From: Methyloligella sp.
GTDB lineage: Bacteria > Pseudomonadota > Alphaproteobacteria > Rhizobiales > HXMU1428-3
Length of the DNA: 64,000 bases
NCBI GenBank assembly: GCA_021604645.1
Contig: BQJJ01000003.1
Location: forward strand, 176,551-240,550
Direction of reading: 5' to 3'
Within the stretch, counting starts at the first letter, position 1. Each line of letters begins with the position of its first letter. Below the pieces are notes generated by a model, which was not told where the DNA came from, searched no databases, and was given only the letters and a program-made list of their open reading frames with translations. The translations under genes were made by a program, and so were the position numbers. Shown one piece after another: positions 40,512 through 50,446 of the stretch.

Positions 40512-41525
40512 TTATTGTTCCTTCATTTTTGCGTATGCATTGACAATTTTTTCAGGGTTTGGCAGAGCAAAACGCTCCATTGGCCGAGAAAACGGGATTG
40601 GAATATCTGGGTAAGCAACTCTTTGTGGGGAGGCTTTGAGAGCTGTGATATCTCTCTCTGCAATGGTTGCTATGATTTCACCAGTTAATCCGTAACTTTG
40701 ATAATCTTCATCGACAACGATGAGGTGACCGGTTTTTTTAACCGAATTAAAGACAGTGTCTCTGTCCAATGGTACTAGTGTGCGTAGATCAACAACTTCT
40801 GCATTTACGCCTTTTTCTTCTAGAAGTTTTGCAGCTTTTAAGCCGTTGTGTACACCAAGGCCAACACCAACGATGGTGACGTCAGATCCTTCTTTAACAA
40901 TTTTGGCTTCACCAAAAGGAATGGTATATTCCTCTTCAGGGGTGTGAACTGTTGCCCCTTGTTCCGTGCCGAGCCAGCCCATGCCTTGTAGGCTTTTATG
41001 ATACATATAGACAACAGGGTTATCGTCTCTGATGGCTGTGGCCATTAATCCTTTGGCATCATATGCATTACTTGGGCATACAACCTTCATACCTGGGAGG
41101 TGAGCAAAGGTGCCGTATAGAACCTGTGAGTGCTGACCACCATCGGAATAACCGCCGCCGCCTGATGTCATAAGCACCATCGGGACTTTAAATTTACCGC
41201 CAGAGAAATAAATGTTTTTGGCCATAAGATTGTAGATAGCGTCGAAACAAACACCGAAGAAGTCAACGAACATAAGTTCGACGACGGGGCGCATGCCATC
41301 TTGCGCAGCACCCACTGCTGCACCGATGAAAGCTGTTTCTGAAATAGGCGTGTCGCGAATTCTTTTGGATCCGAACTCTTCGATTAGACCTCTTGTGTTG
41401 CCATACACACCGCCGAGTTGTCCGATATCTTCGCCCATAACAAAGACATTTTCGTCACGGCGCATTTCTTGTGCGGTTGCTTCTGCCATTGAACGGGCAA
41501 TGGTGAGTTTACGTTCATTTTCCAT
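40512..41525 (-). CDS. acoB: TPP-dependent dehydrogenase E1 beta (acetoin dehydrogenase-like)
   Basis: RIRDTPISETAFIG, EVVDLRTLVPLD. Confidence 0.85.
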   Translation of the reverse strand: MENERKLTIARSMAEATAQEMRRDENVFVMGEDIGQLGGVYGNTRGLIEEFGSKRIRDTPISETAFIGAAVGAAQDGMRPVVELMFVDFFGVCFDAIYNLMAKNIYFSGGKFKVPMVLMTSGGGGYSDGGQHSQVLYGTFAHLPGMKVVCPSNAYDAKGLMATAIRDDNPVVYMYHKSLQGMGWLGTEQGATVHTPEEEYTIPFGEAKIVKEGSDVTIVGVGLGVHNGLKAAKLLEEKGVNAEVVDLRTLVPLDRDTVFNSVKKTGHLIVVDEDYQSYGLTGEIIATIAERDITALKASPQRVAYPDIPIPFSRPMERFALPNPEKIVNAYAKMKEQ

Positions 41526-41615
41526 ATGATTATTTGACAGACGCTTGTTTCGCCTGTCCCTTCATTTTTTTAATTTTGAAAGTTCATATTGAACCCCTGA
41601 TGAAAACGGGGGCCG

Positions 41616-42602
41616 TTATACAAAGACCTTATCAAGCGCTTCAGCTGGCTCTGGATAGTCACTTTCGCGAGCAAACTCTATAGCTTCGTCTACTAGCTTT
41701 TGTGCTTTCTGAGTTATTTGAAGATTTTCGTCATCTGTAATAACGCCTTCGTCGATCAATAGATTTTTCATGCGAACAATAGGGTCTTTTGATTTTAAAC
41801 GATCAAGTTCACCGTCTGGTCTGTAGCCCTCAGCATCTCCCATGAAGTGACCAGCTAATCTGGTTGTTTCAACTTCAATCAGGGTTGGGCCTTTTCCAGC
41901 TCTTGCATCTTCGATGGCGATACCTGCGACATCATATAGTGCTATTGGATCATTATCAGCGATGAAACGACCAGGCATATTGTAAGCCTGCGCCCGAACA
42001 GCATTATGTTTTACAGCAGTTGAGTCCGCTTTAGAGACTGAAATGCCCCATGAGTTGTCTTCAATGACAAAAATAACTGGGAGTTTCCAAACAGCTGCAA
42101 GGTTTAGCGATTCATGAAAAGCGCCTTGGTTTACAGCGCCTTCTCCTAAGAAAGCTACAGCAACTGAATCGTCGCCTTTCATTTGCTTTGAAAGAGCAGC
42201 GCCTACTGCAGGACCAAGACCCTGAGCAATAATCCCTGAACAAGCAAAATTCACATCTGCATCGAAGATATGCATATGCCCACCACGGCCACCACTCAGA
42301 CCTGTTTTCTTACCGAAAATTTCAGCTGCCATCAATTTTAGATCTACACCTTTAGCAATTGCCTGGTGGTGAGGTCTATGTGTTGCAGTGACAACATCGG
42401 ATGGTTTTAAGTGAGCGCAAACGCCAACGGCACAAGGCTCTTGACCGTTGGACAGATGCATCTCTCCTGGAATTGGTCCTTCAGCCATATTGAAGACTGG
42501 AGTTTTCCCTTCCATGTAGATGGTTTCCATCGCTTCTTCAAAAAAGCGACTGACCAACATGTTCTCATACATCCATTTTTTTTTCTCAGATGTTGGTAAC
42601 AA
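41616..42602 (-). CDS. acoA: TPP-dependent dehydrogenase E1 alpha (acetoin dehydrogenase-like), TTG start
   Basis: GEMHLSNGQE, GEGAVNQGAFHESLN (GDG motif altered to GEG), GHFMGD; SD GGAGGT. Confidence 0.85.
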   Translation of the reverse strand: MLPTSEKKKWMYENMLVSRFFEEAMETIYMEGKTPVFNMAEGPIPGEMHLSNGQEPCAVGVCAHLKPSDVVTATHRPHHQAIAKGVDLKLMAAEIFGKKTGLSGGRGGHMHIFDADVNFACSGIIAQGLGPAVGAALSKQMKGDDSVAVAFLGEGAVNQGAFHESLNLAAVWKLPVIFVIEDNSWGISVSKADSTAVKHNAVRAQAYNMPGRFIADNDPIALYDVAGIAIEDARAGKGPTLIEVETTRLAGHFMGDAEGYRPDGELDRLKSKDPIVRMKNLLIDEGVITDDENLQITQKAQKLVDEAIEFARESDYPEPAEALDKVFV

Positions 42603-42662
42603 TTCTTAACACCTCCCTCATAAATTTTTTATTTTTAAAAAATTGTTTATGAAGTTAGTAAG

Positions 42663-42678
42663 AGCATAGAGCGTGCCA
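42663..42678 (-). promoter_or_regulatory. Sigma54 -24/-12 promoter of the aco cluster
   Basis: TGGCACGCTCTATGCT. Confidence 0.8.
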
Positions 42679-42751
42679 TATTATTAAGTGATTGTTTTTG
42701 TTGGGTTTGATGTTTTGGTGAGAAGTTAACAAGACACTAAAACGCCCCTTA

Positions 42752-42769
42752 TGTCGCAGTTTTGCTACA
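42752..42769. promoter_or_regulatory. Putative enhancer (UAS) for AcoR
   Basis: TGTCGCA-N4-TGCTACA about 80 bp upstream of the -24 box; extra half-site TGTCTCA at 42825. Confidence 0.5.
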
Positions 42770-42853
42770 GGGCGTTTTGAGTGTGAGTTTTCATCGCTTA
42801 GTGTGTTGTTTGTTTTTTATTTTTTGTCTCAGCGATGTATTTAAAAAATTAGA

Positions 42854-44821
42854 TTATTCTCCCAGTTTATTGGGGGCAACAATTCCATATTTCTTAATTT
42901 TTCGATGTAAAGTGGATCTGCTAATTTCTAGCTTTTCAGCCGTTGTTGTTATGTTCCAATTGTTTCTGACCAAAATATTTTGGAGAATTTTTGCTTCACT
43001 TGATGATTTTGTGGCTTCTAATGAAAAGCTATCAGGATTGTTGATCTTGATATCATTTACAAAGGCAGCTGTATTATCATCAATGCTGTTTGCGTTAAAA
43101 GATTGCAGTAGTTGTTCTGGAAGGTCGTCAACTTTGATTGTTTTCTCTTCGCAAAAACACAAAGCGTATCGAAGAACGCTTTTAAGCTCTCTGATGTTAC
43201 CAGGCCATGAATAAGAGTTGAAAATGCTCATAACTTCGTTTGAGATTTCTATACTCTTAGCGGTGTCATCTGGTTCAGCGGACAAGATGGATTGAATGAT
43301 TTCCTGTAAGTTTTCTCTTTCGCGTAAAGGAGGCAATGTTATTTCTGCGCCTTTGATGCGATATAATAAATCTTGGCGGAACAGGCCTTGTTCGATGAGT
43401 TCTGATATATTTTTATGGGTCGCGCAAATTACTTTTATGTCGACAGGAATTGGCTCAACAGCACCTAGTGGGGTTACTTCCCTTTCTTCCAAAACTCTTA
43501 AGAGGTGAGCTTGAAGGTTGATTGGCATGTCGCCAATTTCATCAAGAAATAGAGTGCCATTATTACTGGCTAGAATTTTACCTTTTTTTCCATCCTTCAA
43601 ACCGTCTGTGAATGTGCCTGGCATATAGCCGAAGAGTTCACTATCCATGAGTGAGGGGGGGATAGCCGCGCAATTGAGAGCTACGAAAGGTTGATCTTTT
43701 CTATCGCTGGTTTCATGCAGGAGTTTTGCCAGAGTGTCTTTACCAACACCGGTTTCTCCTAATAAAAGCAGAGGTATGTCTTTATTGATAAGCCGTTTTC
43801 CGATTTCAACGCAGCGTAAAACATTTTTTTCTGATCCTGAAAAGTCGTCAAATTTTTTATTTTCGACTTCTATGGAGCTGTCAATAGGTGCTTTTTTCGA
43901 AGAGAGCTTTTTGCGTAAAACTGGCTTGGAGTCGTCTGAGGCGACATTTGAGCTGATACGTAGGCCTTTTACGAAATTGTTGGCCATTGGGCCTTCTTTT
44001 ATTTCTAAGAAATGTTTTTGCTTTGAAAAGATCTTTTCAACGGGCTCTTGAATGACTGTTTCTAGTGATTGCCCAACCAAGTTATACAATTCACATTCAC
44101 CCATAATCTCAAGGCAATCTTTTGTTGCACCTTGAATGATTCCGTCGTCATCAAATGCTAATAGGGCTTTGGATTCATACAGCGAGACATTGGAATAGGG
44201 AGAGCAAGAAATGATATTCTGTTCTTTAAAAAATGATAAAAATATATTTGCGCTAATTTGTTTGGCTGCTTCTTGAATGAAACTATGAGTAAAGAAGCTC
44301 TCTACATAATCTTCAGAAACCATGCGGGAAATGTTTATGGCTCCGATGATTTTTTCTTGTGTGTCAAAAATTGGGGCTGCTGTGCATGTGAAATTTTTAA
44401 GATGTTCGGCGTAGTGCTCAGTACCACTGATAGTCGTGCCCTGTTTATTGGCGAGGCTTGTACCTATGCCATTAGTGCCGATGTTATCTTCATTCCATAC
44501 TGAGCCGGTTATGAGGCCATGATTGCGGTACTCTGAACTTTCTGATGTATCTGCAAATTCGTTTACAGTTACACCGGTTCCATCGGCAATTAGCACGCAA
44601 TAATCACTTTCTTTTGCTAAGTGTCTTACTGCATTAATGACTTCTTCGCTGTGCTCGAGAAAGTGCTGGAGGGAATCTTGTCTAAGTTTAACTTCTTTTT
44701 CTGATAAGATATCAACGGGCTTACGAGCTTCTCTATCCAATTGGAATTGGTTTTTGCATCGACGCCAAGAGTTTTTAACGATTAGATCTCTATGGTCTTG
44801 GTATGCAAGCTCGTCTCCCAT
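42854..44821 (-). CDS. acoR: Sigma54-dependent activator, GAF-AAA+-Fis HTH (AcoR type)
   Basis: GTNGIGT GAF, GETGVGKD, GTFTDG (GAFTGA variant), LFLDEIGD, WPGNIRE. Confidence 0.88.
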   Translation of the reverse strand: MGDELAYQDHRDLIVKNSWRRCKNQFQLDREARKPVDILSEKEVKLRQDSLQHFLEHSEEVINAVRHLAKESDYCVLIADGTGVTVNEFADTSESSEYRNHGLITGSVWNEDNIGTNGIGTSLANKQGTTISGTEHYAEHLKNFTCTAAPIFDTQEKIIGAINISRMVSEDYVESFFTHSFIQEAAKQISANIFLSFFKEQNIISCSPYSNVSLYESKALLAFDDDGIIQGATKDCLEIMGECELYNLVGQSLETVIQEPVEKIFSKQKHFLEIKEGPMANNFVKGLRISSNVASDDSKPVLRKKLSSKKAPIDSSIEVENKKFDDFSGSEKNVLRCVEIGKRLINKDIPLLLLGETGVGKDTLAKLLHETSDRKDQPFVALNCAAIPPSLMDSELFGYMPGTFTDGLKDGKKGKILASNNGTLFLDEIGDMPINLQAHLLRVLEEREVTPLGAVEPIPVDIKVICATHKNISELIEQGLFRQDLLYRIKGAEITLPPLRERENLQEIIQSILSAEPDDTAKSIEISNEVMSIFNSYSWPGNIRELKSVLRYALCFCEEKTIKVDDLPEQLLQSFNANSIDDNTAAFVNDIKINNPDSFSLEATKSSSEAKILQNILVRNNWNITTTAEKLEISRSTLHRKIKKYGIVAPNKLGE

Positions 44822-45227
44822 TAAGCCTCACCTTTCTATATAAATAAAATTAATTTGCTTACCCACCCATTTCAAAATTACATAGTTTGTAGCTCTTTAT
44901 CAATCCAGCTTAGTCAAAAGTACGAACTTTCTCATTTTAAGGTTTATACATTAAGTTTTGATTCCAGTGAAATTTTGAGTCTGGATTAAGTGATTTTAGC
45001 ATGCAAAGCCTCTCCCTTTATGGGGCCGCTACGTTGAGATGAGTGATGCTACTAGTGGTTCATCCCTGCTTCACTTTTATTAAACTTTTGTTCACTAAAT
45101 AAGCTTTTTTTGAGAAAATATTAATAATTTTTTTACTGTTTATTTTCCTCTAACTTGCTGTAAACGCTTCATAAATTAGTTGTTTGTTTTGGGTCTGACT
45201 TTGTTGAATGTGGGGCTTGTTAACTTT

Positions 45228-45243
45228 TGGCATAAGCTTTGCT
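45228..45243 (+). promoter_or_regulatory. Sigma54 -24/-12 site upstream of the porin gene
   Basis: TGGCATAAGCTTTGCT. Confidence 0.65.
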
Positions 45244-45517
45244 TCTTTCATTGGCATGCACTTAATAAAAATTCGTGTGAGGAGGTCTTTCTTCTGACTT
45301 GCGAAATAATAAAGCTATTTGGGTTTTCAAACGAAAGATGGCGTCGTGAATAAATAAGATTATGCGCATGGAGTTATTAACTTCTTTGTTTTTGATCATG
45401 GTCAATTCACAGCTAGAGAATTCGAGAAGCCATGACTAAAAATTGTTGCGTTAGTTATTAAACTTGCTGGCTAAATTTTAGGTGTAATTTTTTAACTAAA
45501 CTTTTGGGGGACAATAA

Positions 45518-46855
45518 ATGTTCAAAAAACTATTATTAACTACAGCTTTCTCACTGGCGTTATTGCCAGTAGCTGGGACTGCGAATGCAGCCGATCTTGG
45601 GGGAGATTGTTGTGCTGATCTGGAAGAGCGTGTTGCTACTCTAGAAGCAACAACTGCTCGTAAAGGTAACCGCAAAGTATCATTGACTGTCTCTGGTTGG
45701 GTAAGCCAGGCAATTTTGGTTTGGGATGATGGTGAAGAAAGCGATGCCTATATCGTATCTGACACAACAGACCTTTCTAACAACATCAGTTTTGCAGGTT
45801 CTGCTAAAATCAACAGTGACTGGTCTGCTGGTTATCATATTAATGTCTTCTTTGATAATGCGAGTGCTCTTTTCGTTGATCAAACCAACGATGATGCTTC
45901 TAATGGCATAACAGTTGAACGTGCAAATTTGTGGATCAAAAGTGAGAGCCTTGGTAAAGTCACGATTGGCCAACAAAGTGCTACTGGTGATAACGTAGCT
46001 ATTCTTGCAGATTTTTCTGGTACACTTTTCCCAGCTAATAACGTGATCTTTGATGGCGCATTTATGTTCCTTCGTCCTAAAGGCGGCACAGGTCTAGCTT
46101 CAGGTCGATTTGCAAACCTTGCTTTCTGTAACAGCGTTTCATTTGGTATTGGTAGTGACTGTAATGGTTTCCGTACAAATGCAATTCGTTATGATTCACC
46201 AACACTAGCTGGCTTTAGTGTTTCAGCATCTTGGGGTGAAGATGACAAATACGAAGGTGCTATTAAATATGGTAACAAATGGCAAGACTATCAAGTTTCA
46301 GCTGCTGTTGGTTATGGTATCACGCATGGTGAAGGTACAGCTGGCCAAGGCGTAGCATCTCGTTCTGAGTTCCTACAAATCGGTGCGATGGTTAAACACT
46401 TGCCATCTAACCTCTGGATTTATGGTTCTTGGGATACTGAAGACACAGACAGTGCTAACTTTTCAGATGGTACACAATTATACCTTAAAGCTGGTTGGTC
46501 ACCAAAGTTGAATTCACTTGGTACGACACACTTCTGGTTTGAATACGGTAAAATTGAAGACAGACATGGTAACTACGCTAGTGGTGCTAACACATGTGCT
46601 GCCTTTGATGGCACAGGTGCAAACCTTGACGGAGCTTGCGCAAGTGCAGCTGACGCGACTGTAAATGTAACTGGTTCTGAAATTACACGTCTAGGTGCTG
46701 GTATCCAACAACAAATCGACGCAGCTTCAATGCAAATCTACGCTAAATGGCGCATGATGGAAGCAGAAGTTGATTTCAACGATGCTGGTGTTGCTGGTTC
46801 AGAAGAGTTTGAAGAGCTTCATATGTTTATGGCTGGTGGCGTTATCTTCTTTTGA
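45518..46855 (+). CDS. Outer-membrane porin (Hyphomicrobiaceae-type N-terminal coiled coil)
   Basis: Signal peptide; CCADLEERVATLEATTARKGNRKVSLTVSG; IRYDSP; terminal Phe. Confidence 0.88.
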   Translation: MFKKLLLTTAFSLALLPVAGTANAADLGGDCCADLEERVATLEATTARKGNRKVSLTVSGWVSQAILVWDDGEESDAYIVSDTTDLSNNISFAGSAKINSDWSAGYHINVFFDNASALFVDQTNDDASNGITVERANLWIKSESLGKVTIGQQSATGDNVAILADFSGTLFPANNVIFDGAFMFLRPKGGTGLASGRFANLAFCNSVSFGIGSDCNGFRTNAIRYDSPTLAGFSVSASWGEDDKYEGAIKYGNKWQDYQVSAAVGYGITHGEGTAGQGVASRSEFLQIGAMVKHLPSNLWIYGSWDTEDTDSANFSDGTQLYLKAGWSPKLNSLGTTHFWFEYGKIEDRHGNYASGANTCAAFDGTGANLDGACASAADATVNVTGSEITRLGAGIQQQIDAASMQIYAKWRMMEAEVDFNDAGVAGSEEFEELHMFMAGGVIFF

Positions 46856-46936
46856 TCTCGCTTCATAGTTGAAAAAACTGAATTGGGGGGAACTATTAAA
46901 CTGTTTTTATAACACCACCTAGTGGTTCCCTCTACG

Positions 46937-46983
46937 CAGGCAGTGACAAGTTCTTCCTATTCGCTTTCACTGCCTGTTTTTTT
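46937..46983 (+). terminator. Porin terminator
   Basis: CAGGCAGTGA...TCACTGCCTG plus T-run. Confidence 0.8.
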
Positions 46984-47037
46984 ACCAGAAATTTAATGTG
47001 ACCTTAATCTGTCTTGTTGGACAGGGAACAAATATGA

Positions 47038-47805
47038 TTGTTTGATAAAGTTTATATGAGAGAAAAAACGTTTAAAAAAGCATATCTTATTGATAGTCAG
47101 CCTCTTTATTTAGATGGATTAGAAGGCATTATTAAAGGGCTTTACTCAGATATTATTGTTGAGAAAATTAGTTCCTTAGAAGAATTTTTTTCTAGCAACA
47201 TTAAGAACGAACATCAGTCTTTGATTGTTTTAGACTTTTTGTCTTTTGGTGAGTTTGGCTTGGATATATTGCTTGAATTGAGAATTAAATATCCGAATGT
47301 AAAAATTGTATTGTTCAATGAGTTTGATTGCGAAGAAATTCGAGAAAAAATTAGATATCTTGGCGGTTCAGCTTTTCTGACAAAGCAATTATCTGTCTCG
47401 GAGATAAAATCTGTTTTCAAAAAATTAGAGCAAGATTTACAAACTATTTCGTGTAAAAACTTTTATGTGTCTGTTCGTGGGTACTCCTCTTTCTTTTCGT
47501 GTACGGCTTCCCATCGTTTGACTAAAAAAGAAATGAATATTCTTACGTTTTTAATGCGCGGAACAGTAAACAACGAAATCGCGTCTTTGGTTGGCTTGAC
47601 TGAAAGTACAGTTAAAAGTCACGTCTCTTCAATTATTAAGAAAATGGGTGTTATTAATCGTACGCAAGTCTTTATTGAGATGGAAAAACTTCGCGTGAAG
47701 ACCGCTGTGTGGAACTCTTCATTTTATTCTCCGATTTCATTTCGTCATGTGAGGCGTGTTTATCCGGAAAAGAATGGATTAGAAGAGCTTGGAATGGTTG
47801 TCTGA
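47038..47805 (+). CDS. NarL/LuxR-type response regulator (REC plus HTH)
   Basis: REC-like N-terminus (LIVLD, FLTK); LTKKEMNIL...TVKSHVSSIIKKMGVINRTQ. Confidence 0.85.
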   Translation: MFDKVYMREKTFKKAYLIDSQPLYLDGLEGIIKGLYSDIIVEKISSLEEFFSSNIKNEHQSLIVLDFLSFGEFGLDILLELRIKYPNVKIVLFNEFDCEEIREKIRYLGGSAFLTKQLSVSEIKSVFKKLEQDLQTISCKNFYVSVRGYSSFFSCTASHRLTKKEMNILTFLMRGTVNNEIASLVGLTESTVKSHVSSIIKKMGVINRTQVFIEMEKLRVKTAVWNSSFYSPISFRHVRRVYPEKNGLEELGMVV

Positions 47806-47818
47806 AAGTCGCCCTATA

Positions 47819-48565
47819 TTAATAGTGGTATTTAGAGATCGCAACTGCTTCTGATCGTGTGCTTACCTCAAGTTTTCTGAAGATATTTTTCATGTGAAAC
47901 CTAATGGTGTTTTCTGTGACATTGAGTGCTTTTCCTATTTCTGCGTAGGTTAATCCTTCGCAACAATGTTTGAGGCACTGGGTCTCTCTTGTACTTAAGG
48001 TGGCTTTGTTCCAGCTTTTATTGGCGAGGGACTTGGACATGGTTTTTGAGGGTTCAAACCTTTCTAGTGCTTGCATGAAGCTACTTGCCATCAGCTGGAC
48101 TTCTTCTTTTGAATTTATAAAATTTTGATAAGTGGTTTCATTTTTACCTTGCGTATAAAGTGTTACACCTCTTACTTTCTCGATTGTGTTGAAGGGGATG
48201 AGCCAGGCATGGTGAACGTTAAACAATTTCATTAATCGAAACTGAAATTGAATGACCCAGTTGGATTTGTTTTTTTCTAGTGCTTCTATGTAATCGAAGG
48301 GAAATGATGATTTGCTGATGAGTTTTGTTACGGGGCAATTTTCAATCATTCCTTGATCTACGAACTTTTCTATATATTCAAGACCATAACTTGCGACATA
48401 GTAATTGCCGTCCTGGCGTAAATTTTTCAATGTGTTTATTTGGTAGGAAAAAGCGTCAAATGCTATGTAACCACGGGATGAAATCTGTTGTGAAAAATAA
48501 GCTTTCACGTCTTTCATTGATTTTTTGTTATTGATTTCATTCTTATAGATTTGGAACGATTTCAT
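47819..48565 (-). CDS. LuxR-family regulator with degenerate autoinducer-binding domain (LuxR solo)
   Basis: N-terminal autoinducer-binding-like pattern; LSTRETQCL...TENTIRFHMKNIFRKLEVSTRSEA; no luxI in window. Confidence 0.8.
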   Translation of the reverse strand: MKSFQIYKNEINNKKSMKDVKAYFSQQISSRGYIAFDAFSYQINTLKNLRQDGNYYVASYGLEYIEKFVDQGMIENCPVTKLISKSSFPFDYIEALEKNKSNWVIQFQFRLMKLFNVHHAWLIPFNTIEKVRGVTLYTQGKNETTYQNFINSKEEVQLMASSFMQALERFEPSKTMSKSLANKSWNKATLSTRETQCLKHCCEGLTYAEIGKALNVTENTIRFHMKNIFRKLEVSTRSEAVAISKYHY

Positions 48566-48620
48566 TCGATTGCCTATATGCGGGTATTTTTATGATATCT
48601 CTTATTATAGATTTTTTATG

Positions 48621-48653
48621 GTAAAAGAGGAGCTCTATTTAGAGCTCCTCTTT
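48621..48653 (-). terminator. Terminator after the lipoprotein gene
   Basis: 13-bp IR AAAGAGGAGCTCT/AGAGCTCCTCTTT. Confidence 0.75.
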
Positions 48654-48695
48654 GCATTATCCAACATGATGTTGTTTGAAGGCAAATTGGAAGAA

Positions 48696-49157
48696 TTAAA
48701 ATCCACCGCAAATTGAGGTTATTTGAGCTAGTGAGGGGTTGCTTACACCATTGTTTTGTAGAAAAGAGCGCACGTCATCTATGTCATGATTGCTAAAAGG
48801 AAAGCCCTGGAAAGAGGAAGCTACATTTGAACCTGTGTTGCAGAATATACCTGGATAGGTGTTTTTGGTGAGATGATCAGCGTTAAAGCCTGGATTGGAA
48901 TAGGTCAGGAAATTACGTGGATCCTTATAAATATTGGCGTTGGCCTGACTGTTTGTCATTTCATTAAATTCTGAGTTGTTTTGGTTGAACCGTTTTCTCT
49001 CATTATTTAAAATTTGTTCAAAAAAAGCTGTTTCTTCGGCGCTTAACTGTTCTCCATCGACTAGGCTTAATAAGTATAGTTCGCACCCTCCTAGAGGGGA
49101 AAGTGCAGCGAGCAGAAAAATTGATATGCTTAGGTTTTTTAGGGATTTAAAAATCAT
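48696..49157 (-). CDS. Putative lipoprotein
   Basis: Signal peptide II with lipobox LGGC; two further Cys. Confidence 0.7.
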   Translation of the reverse strand: MIFKSLKNLSISIFLLAALSPLGGCELYLLSLVDGEQLSAEETAFFEQILNNERKRFNQNNSEFNEMTNSQANANIYKDPRNFLTYSNPGFNADHLTKNTYPGIFCNTGSNVASSFQGFPFSNHDIDDVRSFLQNNGVSNPSLAQITSICGGF

Positions 49158-49175
49158 TTGATTTAAGACTCTCTT

Positions 49176-50213
49176 TTAAAATGGTGAGCGGGCGCCAATT
49201 GAAATTATTGTTTGGCGGAAATCATTTCGAGGTAGATTGCTATCGAAATCCGTGAGACTTGCTCTGCCATAGATGTTTAGTCGTTCATTTAGATCGTAAG
49301 AAATTTCTCCAGAGAGACCTGTTCCTTTTATTTCCTCTAATGCGAGGGCGAGAGAGGTCAGCTCTGGTGCGTTATAATTTCCATCAGAATATGAGCCTGT
49401 GAGTGAGACTGTTAAACCAGGTTTTAAAATCCAATTGAAACCGACTTCGAAGCCGTAGAAGTCATTGTCTAGAAATGGATTGTTAAAGGCATCAACTTTG
49501 CCGAAGCGCAATCTGGAAAAAAGACTTAACTGACGAAGTGCTAGAGGTTGATAGGTGAAAGCGATGTCACCTTGATAGCGGTCTTGGTCACTGAGGGTTG
49601 CGAATTCGAATGTGCGGCGTGATATAGTCCCGCCAACGGATATGAGTAATGCGCCTTCGCTGAGTTGATAGTTTTTGTTTAGACTAAGCCGGCCACCGTA
49701 AGAACTTGACATGTGAGTTGGGACTTCGAATTTTTTATTTGTGAAATAATCACTAGAGTAGAAGCCGCTTACCTTTAGAACTGTATCAGAATTGAATTTG
49801 TAATAGAGAGCTGTTTCATTTCCTATAGTGACAGAATTATATTCATCAAATTCTTCGTAACCGAACCAATCAACAATGCCTGCAATGTGTAAAAGACTTC
49901 GTTCTGAGAGCGGAGCAATGAGATGGCCTGCACTGCTTAAGTTTAATCTCTTATCGCTTTTTCGTTTTGGATTGAGTTGGAAAAACTGAGTGATATCTGG
50001 TTCTAAGATACCATCTACATAGTCAGTTGATATATTGTAATTGAATTTTAAAAGAACAGGGCGCTTCGTTTTTAGAAACTTTTTTGCTTGTTCTGACGTG
50101 ACTTGCTGATTGTTGTTCTCTATTGTTTCTTCTGCCTGTGCTGATGAGATGACAGAAACTGCCAAGCTCGCCCCCAGAGCAATGGCGTGGATATTCATTT
50201 GTATTTTGGGCAT
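49176..50213 (-). CDS. Outer-membrane beta-barrel protein of unknown family
   Basis: Signal peptide (AQA); alternating-residue beta strands; terminal ISIGARSPF. Confidence 0.75.
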   Translation of the reverse strand: MPKIQMNIHAIALGASLAVSVISSAQAEETIENNNQQVTSEQAKKFLKTKRPVLLKFNYNISTDYVDGILEPDITQFFQLNPKRKSDKRLNLSSAGHLIAPLSERSLLHIAGIVDWFGYEEFDEYNSVTIGNETALYYKFNSDTVLKVSGFYSSDYFTNKKFEVPTHMSSSYGGRLSLNKNYQLSEGALLISVGGTISRRTFEFATLSDQDRYQGDIAFTYQPLALRQLSLFSRLRFGKVDAFNNPFLDNDFYGFEVGFNWILKPGLTVSLTGSYSDGNYNAPELTSLALALEEIKGTGLSGEISYDLNERLNIYGRASLTDFDSNLPRNDFRQTIISIGARSPF

Positions 50214-50281
50214 ATAGCCTCATCCCCTTTTGTTCATGAATAATATTTGCTCACGCTATCAAAGGGGGGGGTGCGTCGGAA

Positions 50282-50297
50282 CTACATGATCATGTAG
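50282..50297. promoter_or_regulatory. lux/las-box-like palindrome
   Basis: Perfect palindrome CTACATGATCATGTAG (CT-N12-AG); TAGCGT -10-like hexamer at 50258-50253 on the minus strand. Confidence 0.6.
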
Positions 50298-50446
50298 GGG
50301 GAGTGAGGTTTTGCACAGATGGTATTTTGTTTTTATAATTTAATTAACTAGTGAACGCAGAAAAAATGACTTAATTTTCAATTAGCTTTGCCTAAGGATT
50401 TTTATGAAAAACATGTACAATCCGGTTGAATTTAGAGGGGCTGGTT

